In this document: positions 57,810 through 64,000 of the stretch, in pieces
Layout: each line of letters starts with the position of its first letter
Numbering within the stretch: the stretch's first letter is position 1
DNA from: a virus
Length of the DNA stretch: 64,000 nucleotides
Direction: 5' to 3' (one strand)
Virus record (IMG/VR): IMGVR_UViG_3300022554_000002
Coordinates: 32,001-96,000 of that record
Notes under the pieces: generated by a model
What the model was told of the DNA's origin: nothing
The model's input: only the letters and a program-made list of their open reading frames with translations
Databases searched by the model: none
Made by a program: the position numbers and the translations under genes

Positions 57810-57911
57810 TTACTTATTCCTTCGTGTATACTGAACAACATCATAAATAAATAAGCAAATACCAAGAAAACCAATTAATCCAAATCCAGCCATAGGTACT
57901 ATAATAAACAT
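57810..57911 (-). CDS. Small membrane protein (33 aa)
   Basis: MFIIVPMAGFGLIGFLGICLFIYDVVQYTRRNK behind its own promoter. Confidence 0.6.
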   Translation of the reverse strand: MFIIVPMAGFGLIGFLGICLFIYDVVQYTRRNK

Positions 57912-57934
57912 TGTCCACCACCCTTTCTATTCTA

Positions 57935-57963
57935 ATTATACAGTCTCAATACCCAAATGTCAA
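57935..57963 (-). promoter_or_regulatory. Sigma70-type promoter TTGACA-N17-TATAAT
   Basis: Perfect hexamers between the chaperone and tape measure genes. Confidence 0.75.
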
Positions 57964-57970
57964 GTTAAAA

Positions 57971-58345
57971 CTACAATAATTTTGTCACTTGTCTTTGCTT
58001 TCCACCCATATTTGCACTTTGTGCACTACCACTTGATGCCTTCTTCATTTCATTCGACTTATAGTTTTCAACTCCCAAATGCACCTGATAAATTTCATCA
58101 CACCATTTAGGATCACATTTTTCTAAGTCAAACTTGTTCAACCCAAGCTTATCCCAGAAGAACGTTAACCTGTTGAATTCTATAAGCCTTATAGGAACGC
58201 CCGTTGTGAATCTTTTGTCACCCTTGAGACTTAGGTACTTAAGTACCGTGTTCTCAACAGTCTCATGTTCATATTTTCCTTCTAACTTCTTTTCTTCAAT
58301 CTGCTGTTTTCTAAATAATGCTTCTACTAGGTATTTGGGGAGCAC
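57971..58345 (-). CDS. Tail assembly chaperone, T-like -1 frame extension
   Basis: In the -1 frame relative to 58345..58965; the frame is open from the slippery site. Confidence 0.75.
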   Translation of the reverse strand: MLPKYLVEALFRKQQIEEKKLEGKYEHETVENTVLKYLSLKGDKRFTTGVPIRLIEFNRLTFFWDKLGLNKFDLEKCDPKWCDEIYQVHLGVENYKSNEMKKASSGSAQSANMGGKQRQVTKLL

Positions 58346-58381
58346 TAAGCTTTGGCTTGCTCCCCCACCAAATTTTTTCCC
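58337..58381 (-). promoter_or_regulatory. Programmed -1 ribosomal frameshift signal
   Basis: In-frame G GGA AAA heptamer (58381-58375), followed by the stem GGGGAGCA/TGCTCCCC. Confidence 0.8.
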
Positions 58382-58965
58382 TCTTCCTCTGCTTTCTCTT
58401 TCTCAGCCTTCAACATTTCCTTCTGAATTTCCAAGGCACGAACATATGCATCATCAGGGAAAATCTTAATAAGCATTTTATTATATAAATTTGTTACAAG
58501 TTCTGGGGGATAAACATTTAATACTCGTGACATACTATCTGCACTAAGTACCACATATTGTGAATTTTCCATAGCTTTTTCAAATGATAATTTATATTTT
58601 GTGGCCTTCTTCTCGTCTGCCACCAACTCACTCAAATTCCAACCTTTGAGCAATACACGAATTCTGGCAATAATAAGAGCATTGTAATCAAACACACGCT
58701 CAATACGCATAGTCTGAGGATTAACTTTATCTATATACTGATTCATTTCAATAAGTTGTGACAGGCCAAAAGTAGGTTTTCGCCACGTGCTTCTAACACG
58801 CACAATGTGCTCTGGCAACTTGTCCTCATCTTCAACAGCATCATACTTATCATTATCATCAATAGAACTTACTACTTTTAAATTTGCTTCATCTGTAGCA
58901 TCAATGTAAGCAAATACTACAACATCTTCTTCAGTGTCCAACGACTTCAGTTTTCTCTTCGGCAT
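58345..58965 (-). CDS. Tail assembly chaperone (lambda gpG-like)
   Basis: Position between the tube and tape measure genes; slippery site near the 3' end. Confidence 0.75.
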   Translation of the reverse strand: MPKRKLKSLDTEEDVVVFAYIDATDEANLKVVSSIDDNDKYDAVEDEDKLPEHIVRVRSTWRKPTFGLSQLIEMNQYIDKVNPQTMRIERVFDYNALIIARIRVLLKGWNLSELVADEKKATKYKLSFEKAMENSQYVVLSADSMSRVLNVYPPELVTNLYNKMLIKIFPDDAYVRALEIQKEMLKAEKEKAEEEGKNLVGEQAKA

Positions 58966-59023
58966 CTTAGGTTCTTCCTTTCGTGCCTTGGGTTAATTTA
59001 TTACATCCCATCTATATATAATC

Positions 59024-59164
59024 CTACTTCTTCTCTTCCTTGTTAGTTTCATCCTTTTTTGGTGCTTCACTTCTAATTAACAAAATGTAATAAATGAAAT
59101 TAACAAACCAATTAATGACTTTTTGAAAGAACTGTCCACCTTCGCTATCTTCAATGTCTGGCAT
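59024..59164 (-). CDS. Small amphipathic/hydrophobic protein (46 aa)
   Basis: MPDIEDSEGGQFFQKVINWFVNFIYYILLIRSEAPKKDETNKEEKK; SD GGAG. Confidence 0.55.
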   Translation of the reverse strand: MPDIEDSEGGQFFQKVINWFVNFIYYILLIRSEAPKKDETNKEEKK

Positions 59165-59166
59165 TT

Positions 59167-59367
59167 TTACTCTCCTGCTTGAGCATATCCAACAATACCA
59201 TTTAGAATTATAGAATTATAAACTACAGGCTTATGTGTGCCTGTAGATTCATTAAAGGCCATAGAGTCTCTTCCTGTAGTAATACGTTGATTACCAGCAA
59301 ATTGCTTACTTGCTGCTTTTAATACTATGTTTCTCATCAAATTACGAGTATCAGAATTATTATTCAT
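59167..59367 (-). CDS. Small hypothetical protein
   Basis: 66-aa ORF in the tail operon. Confidence 0.6.
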   Translation of the reverse strand: MNNNSDTRNLMRNIVLKAASKQFAGNQRITTGRDSMAFNESTGTHKPVVYNSIILNGIVGYAQAGE

Positions 59368-59369
59368 TT

Positions 59370-60290
59370 CTATTGTCCTACTACAATTGGTGCACTATCA
59401 CAACCTGCCAATGCCTGAAATTGAATAGTTTTAAGAACTGGTGAATTAGCACCAGAATTAGGAGTATTATCATTAATAAATACTAAATTATTAAGAATTA
59501 TATCAAAAGAACCAAAATCTAATGTGAGTGTGGCACCATCAGTTGGATCATTAAAATCACCTGTTGGTGACCAGTATTTAATCTCACCTGTTATAGTCAT
59601 CATACCATAACGCATAGCTTTAGCAGTTCTAGCCTGAATCTTATCCTGTGTGGAACTATTTATGTTCGTGGAAGTACTTCCTGTATTACATAATGTGAAC
59701 AAAGGAAATATCTCATTTTGGATGGTAAAAGACCAACTCTCAGTATAGTTATTAACTAAATTAGAATCTGCAAAATTAGAAAGAGTTACATTTACATCAT
59801 ACCAAGGAATGAAATTATTATCGTCTGTAAGTCCAGCAGTTTCATAAACCAAGCTTCCACTTCCTGCTGAAACCTCATCCCAATTAGTTGAATTTATAGC
59901 AACACTACCCTCTACTGCACCGCCAGCAGAAGACCGCAAGGATAAATTACTAATTGCAGCAGAACCACCACTACCGGGAATTCTGTAAGTAGTATTTCCA
60001 GCAGGAGAGAATTCAAAACCACCATCTTCACTACTAAAAGAACAATAACTAGTAGCATTGTTTAATAGTTTTCTAACTGCTGAAAGATAACTTTTAAACA
60101 ACACAAAAGACACGTTACCTTGGAAGGTTCGTTTGCCTTTCATGAAATTTTTGAAGTAACGAGTAGTACGAGTTCCAATGTTAGGAACGGTGATTAACTC
60201 TACAGACTGTGAAACATCTCCACTGATAAATGGGAGAGTTGATCCACCAATTTTAGCATATCCTGTCCAACCAGCGGCGTAGCATGACAA
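59370..60290 (-). CDS. Tail tube-like protein, paralogue 2
   Basis: Beta-rich; GYAKIGG..LPF, GKRTFQGNVS, WSFTIQN and TITGEIKY; TTG start. Confidence 0.7.
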   Translation of the reverse strand: MSCYAAGWTGYAKIGGSTLPFISGDVSQSVELITVPNIGTRTTRYFKNFMKGKRTFQGNVSFVLFKSYLSAVRKLLNNATSYCSFSSEDGGFEFSPAGNTTYRIPGSGGSAAISNLSLRSSAGGAVEGSVAINSTNWDEVSAGSGSLVYETAGLTDDNNFIPWYDVNVTLSNFADSNLVNNYTESWSFTIQNEIFPLFTLCNTGSTSTNINSSTQDKIQARTAKAMRYGMMTITGEIKYWSPTGDFNDPTDGATLTLDFGSFDIILNNLVFINDNTPNSGANSPVLKTIQFQALAGCDSAPIVVGQ

Positions 60291-60323
60291 CGGGTTTCAC
60301 CTCGTTACATGTTTTTCTATTTA

Positions 60324-61301
60324 TTAGGTTTCAGTCCAGTAAATAGCAGGTTCCGTTGCACTCTTGGCGAAACCTTGGAATTCTTGGTTACGACTAACTT
60401 CTCTATTTGGTCCTTGGTTTGGAACTGGACCACGGCTAAATGCACAGAACGGAATTGTAAGAGTAATATCACCAAACGTCACGGTAATGGAAGCACCATG
60501 AGTTAGGAATTCTGCAAATTGCCCATTTGGTGACCAATAAGTAAAGCTACCTGACACTCTTCGTTTGCCAAGGAAAATATCACCGGGATAATTAACTCCG
60601 TTGAAGAAGTAAAGTGGTACAGCTTGATTACTTACAGTTATTGAATAATCAAGAACATAATCAGAAATATCAAATGTTTCACCAGAATTAGCAAGCGTGA
60701 AATTGCTGGCATACCATGGAATAGGATTACTATCATCTGTAAGTCCAGCAGTTTCAAAACTTAAGTCGCCGGTTGTTGGAGAACTAACTGAAGGTGGAGT
60801 ATTCCATGCAGCACCAGCAGAAAGAATACGGAAAGAACAACCAACGTTTCCACCATTATTACCATTAATGGTCATTTCAGAAATCAAAGCTTTCTTACCA
60901 GTAGCAGGTAAGGAAATTTCTGATCCACCACCGGGACTAAAAAGCAATTTGCAGCTATCAGAGAAACCATTACAAACATAGGTCATATCATTAGAATTGG
61001 CAGAACTATCACCAATTGTTCTACGAAGCATTTCTTTGAATGCTGAATTGTAGCTACCAGTTCCACCGAAAATCTCAGTAGAAATAGTACCTTCTACCGT
61101 CTCTTTACCAATTGCAAAATTGATATAGTCTCGCCAAACTGGATTAACAGGAGCGGCAGAAACAGAACCATATCCACCACCAATGACTGATTCAGATGGA
61201 TTAATTTCAACAACTTTCACAAGGTCAGCAGTCAAGAATGGCAAAAGATAATTGCAAACTTTTAAGTATCCAGTGTAGCCAACGCCGCCCGTGCAGCTCA
61301 A
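60324..61301 (-). CDS. Tail tube-like protein, paralogue 1
   Basis: GYLKV...LPF, GKETVEGTIS, YSITVSN and RVSGSFTY; TTG start. Confidence 0.7.
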   Translation of the reverse strand: MSCTGGVGYTGYLKVCNYLLPFLTADLVKVVEINPSESVIGGGYGSVSAAPVNPVWRDYINFAIGKETVEGTISTEIFGGTGSYNSAFKEMLRRTIGDSSANSNDMTYVCNGFSDSCKLLFSPGGGSEISLPATGKKALISEMTINGNNGGNVGCSFRILSAGAAWNTPPSVSSPTTGDLSFETAGLTDDSNPIPWYASNFTLANSGETFDISDYVLDYSITVSNQAVPLYFFNGVNYPGDIFLGKRRVSGSFTYWSPNGQFAEFLTHGASITVTFGDITLTIPFCAFSRGPVPNQGPNREVSRNQEFQGFAKSATEPAIYWTET

Positions 61302-61320
61302 TTTAGTATCCTCCTGTTAT

Positions 61321-62148
61321 TTACAACAACCAATCAAATTTATTAGTAAATAGTTCGTAACATTCAAACTTTCGATCTAAGTAAACTGAAGCATTTTCAT
61401 ATAAAATCTTAGATAATTTAAATGCTTTCTCACCATGACAATAACCATTAAAAAATTCAAAAGACCAATTTCTATTATCTTTATAAGGATTTATAACTAC
61501 TCCACATTTATTTGCATAATTAACAAAATCAAAAACTAAATCTTTATTTCCAACCAGCCCAATAGTTAAATTATTCAATTTACTCTGTGAAATTGTACCA
61601 TCCCCGTCAATACAGCCTCGCCAAAAATGTTTTTCCAAATGCTCTGGAATTAAATTTGATTTATAGCATTTTCCAGTTTTATTTCGTACTACACCATATT
61701 TTGCCAAATCATCACACATTTTTTTACTTGATATAGTTAAATAAACTGATCCACCATTGCTATTGTTTATCTTCACTGGTCCATCAAAATTAATATTATT
61801 TTTAAATTTTTCTAAATGTTTTATGTCAGAACCTTTTAAGTGTATTATTAAACAGTTAATTTCTTTTTTGTCTTTTGTATTATTATTTGCTACACAACCG
61901 TCTGTAACAATAAATCCTAACCAATAAGCCTTATCTTCGGTATCTATTGTTTCAAAATAATTATCATTAACATTATAGGTACGCTCATAACCAGTTCTAG
62001 TTTCAACTCCTGCCCTATTCATGGCACTTCTAATAGCATCTTTGCCACAATTAAATTTAGTGGCAAGTTCTTTTAAAGTCATACCATTTTTATATAAATT
62101 AACAACCTGTTCTAATTTTTCATTTTGAAACTTTATCTTACCTGACAT
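61321..62148 (-). mobile_element. Free-standing LAGLIDADG homing endonuclease with N-terminal HTH
   Basis: KAYWLGFIVTDGCV and HFWRGCIDGDGTI motifs; YLDRK end. Confidence 0.88.
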
Positions 62149-62156
62149 ATCTCCTA

Positions 62157-62522
62157 TTACTCTACAACCTTAAATCCCGGTAATGTTGCAAGATAGTTTA
62201 CCACGTCAGCAGATAAATCATAATTTACAACATCACGTTCAAAACTACCGTAATTGTTTTTACGAACAGGACTGTTACCCTTCCAAACAATACCCTTTGA
62301 ACCTCGTGCCTTTGCCTCAATTAATTTTTGATTTGGTTTTTCAACAAACTTTGCTTCCTTGATTACCAAATCTTTTAACTTCTTTATTTCTTTTAGAGGC
62401 AAAGGAAATTCTTCTTCGTACAGAAAATAGGGGATATTGGGCTTGAGGGAATGACCACCAAGCGAATACCGCCATTTTTCTGTACCACTGTATGTGTATT
62501 TAATTTCGTATAATTTACCCAT
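62157..62522 (-). CDS. Hypothetical protein
   Basis: 121-aa ORF. Confidence 0.65.
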   Translation of the reverse strand: MGKLYEIKYTYSGTEKWRYSLGGHSLKPNIPYFLYEEEFPLPLKEIKKLKDLVIKEAKFVEKPNQKLIEAKARGSKGIVWKGNSPVRKNNYGSFERDVVNYDLSADVVNYLATLPGFKVVE

Positions 62523-63307
62523 TAGAGTGCAATGTCCCTCTCTCTGAGAGCCAACACGGTAAACACATCATTACCATCACCACCAGCAGCAATTATGTTT
62601 GTAACGTCTAAATAAGGATTACCACTATCAACTGGGAACTGAGTACCAGATGTTGCACCAGCACTAATAGCAATATTTGCACTTCCAGTAGACGTACCGG
62701 CTGAAGCATTTTCTTTGAGCAATTGCAAGTTAAGAACAATGTCAGCACCCACATCCTGATTTGGAACAACAACCATCTTAGCAGCAGCATAGTTTACAGT
62801 GCCGGGAACATACCGACTATCAGGAGAAGTACCAACGGCTGTACCCTCTGCAAATGTACCTGTACCTGAACCAGTTGATGTAAATGTAGCAACAGAAATA
62901 TTCGCATCTGCAAAGAACACATTACGAGCAAGTAAGTGAGTAGATTTAACTTTTTGCCAAACCTCATCAAAATTCGGGTGAACATTAATACCGGAAATGT
63001 TCAAGAAGCTATCAAATGATACAGCATTCTTAGCAAGCACATATGTATCAAGAGCATTAATAACATCTTGGAACGTAGTTCGGAAAAAAGTACCAGAGAA
63101 AGTATTCTGGTCCAAAGTATTACAAGGAGTAATTAATGCATTTTCTACATCGTAATCACCAGCAGGAGCACCAACCCCGTTGTGAACACGAATGTAGTAT
63201 CTCGTTCCACTTGCAACAGCAGCATTAAACCCAACCTTAAATTGAGTTACTTGTTCTGCCACACGGTCTGCAATACCAGAAAGAACATTATTTGAAATTA
63301 ATGCCAT
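62522..63307 (-). CDS. Putative virion structural protein
   Basis: Ala/Gly/Thr/Ser-rich 261 aa within the tail operon. Confidence 0.6.
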   Translation of the reverse strand: MALISNNVLSGIADRVAEQVTQFKVGFNAAVASGTRYYIRVHNGVGAPAGDYDVENALITPCNTLDQNTFSGTFFRTTFQDVINALDTYVLAKNAVSFDSFLNISGINVHPNFDEVWQKVKSTHLLARNVFFADANISVATFTSTGSGTGTFAEGTAVGTSPDSRYVPGTVNYAAAKMVVVPNQDVGADIVLNLQLLKENASAGTSTGSANIAISAGATSGTQFPVDSGNPYLDVTNIIAAGGDGNDVFTVLALRERDIAL

Positions 63308-63362
63308 TGCTTAATCACTCCAAATTATTACAACTAAGGAAGAATCACACACTCCTTCTCTA

Positions 63363-63373
63363 TAATATAATCA
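63363..63373 (-). promoter_or_regulatory. Candidate late-promoter motif TGATTATATTA
   Basis: Identical to 3127-3137; intergenic, upstream of a structural gene. Confidence 0.35.
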
Positions 63374-63387
63374 CAAGAATTAGCTTA

Positions 63388-63891
63388 TTAATAACGTTCT
63401 GGCTTGAAAACTTTACACATCCAAGGTATTTTTGCTGATCTTACACCCTGACCACGCCTAAAGCCATAATCTGTATCGCCAGCTTGACTAAAGTATGCAC
63501 ATTGATTACTAATATTAGGAATTTCAAATTGTCTGCGCTGAAAATCATTTAAAAACTGCTCAATAGCATCTGCCGTAATTGACAAGTATTTAGCCGCTAA
63601 AAGTGGATTATTTGCATTAACTGTAACAATTATGTCATAATTAAAAGTATCTTCTTGAGTACCAACCATACGAATTTCATTGTGCTTAGACCGAGCTATA
63701 ATCTCTACTGCTGGCGTATATGGTAACACATCCTGCAAATCTCTATAAACCTTATAGACAGTACCAAATGGAGCATTAGGTTTATCAGCTAGATAATCTT
63801 TCCACGCTACTGCTATGTTCTCAGCCTCAGTATTTAATAGATTTTCTAAATATGTAGTAATATTATCTTGAAGTACATTTCTTATTGCCAT
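63388..63891 (-). CDS. Tail completion/terminator-like protein
   Basis: ~165 aa; PAVEII...DTFNYDIIVTV...ITADAIEQFL pattern; upstream of the tube genes. Confidence 0.55.
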   Translation of the reverse strand: MAIRNVLQDNITTYLENLLNTEAENIAVAWKDYLADKPNAPFGTVYKVYRDLQDVLPYTPAVEIIARSKHNEIRMVGTQEDTFNYDIIVTVNANNPLLAAKYLSITADAIEQFLNDFQRRQFEIPNISNQCAYFSQAGDTDYGFRRGQGVRSAKIPWMCKVFKPERY

Positions 63892-63894
63892 TAA

Positions 63895-63999
63895 TTATCC
63901 CAAAAGCTTCTTGCAAGAAAAACCAATTCGATCTATTTGCAATTTCATTTTCTCTCTAACCTCAATAGGTAATTTAGATAAATCCTTATCCATCTTCTT
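63895..63999 (-). CDS. 3' end of an upstream gene (partial)
   Basis: Open frame KKMDKDLSKLPIEVREKMKLQIDRIGFSCKKLLG*. Confidence 0.6.
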   Translation of the reverse strand, partial: KKMDKDLSKLPIEVREKMKLQIDRIGFSCKKLLG

Positions 64000-64000
64000 T

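Noticed and set aside
61301-62157. Group I intron around the LAGLIDADG gene
   Set aside because: Flanking genes have their own starts/stops and SDs, and there is no room for intron core structure.
59370-63891. Contractile tail sheath gene
   Set aside because: No ORF of suitable size or sheath motifs between the completion protein and the tube genes; 62522..63307 is too short and unrecognised.
1-64000. All plus-strand ORFs in the track (60-111 aa)
   Set aside because: Each lies antisense to a longer, motif-bearing minus-strand gene, and none has a recognisable product. Treated as shadow ORFs.
1-64000. Alternative genetic code (stop recoding as in some huge phages)
   Set aside because: Long genes are intact under code 11, coding density is high, and TAG/TGA/TAA all end genes at operon-consistent positions. 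Only one isolated in-frame TAA was seen (28511-28513).
1-64000. CRISPR array, rRNA, canonical tRNA, integrase/transposase
   Set aside because: No regularly spaced repeats or diagnostic motifs seen by eye. A covariance-model scan was not run.

Overview
A 64-kb, AT-rich piece of a large tailed dsDNA phage (Caudoviricetes, probably a jumbo/large phage). Every credible gene is on the minus strand, the standard genetic code fits, and SD motifs are strong. Read in transcription order (high to low coordinates): (1) A tail module with a tail-completion protein, two paralogous tube-like proteins, a chaperone pair joined by a -1 frameshift, a 1025-aa tape measure protein, a holin/spanin-like cassette, a hub protein and Ser-Gly-rich paralogues. 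No sheath gene is seen. (2) A replication/recombination module with a SNF2 helicase, DnaB, primase, UDG-fused PolA, gp32-like SSB, UvsY-like protein, RecA, SbcCD and an HJ resolvase. (3) An accessory/glycosylation region with gmd, five glycosyltransferase domains, a sigma factor, dCMP deaminase and an HD hydrolase. (4) Two large proteins sharing an N-terminal signal-like peptide. The strongest candidates for undescribed biology are: an SF2 helicase followed by an expanding array of an unnamed ~57-aa repeat, HA repeats and a methyltransferase-like gene (34.1-39.4 kb); three tandem MKxRxGFVSNSSSSSF proteins behind a vWA gene; a non-canonical tRNA-like RNA after recA; a glycosylation kit possibly acting on Ser-Gly-rich virion proteins; a T4-CTS-like N-terminal IYIAQ signal; and a terminator/antiterminator-like element in the tail operon. 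All family assignments are by eye from motifs. No database searches or folding programs were run.
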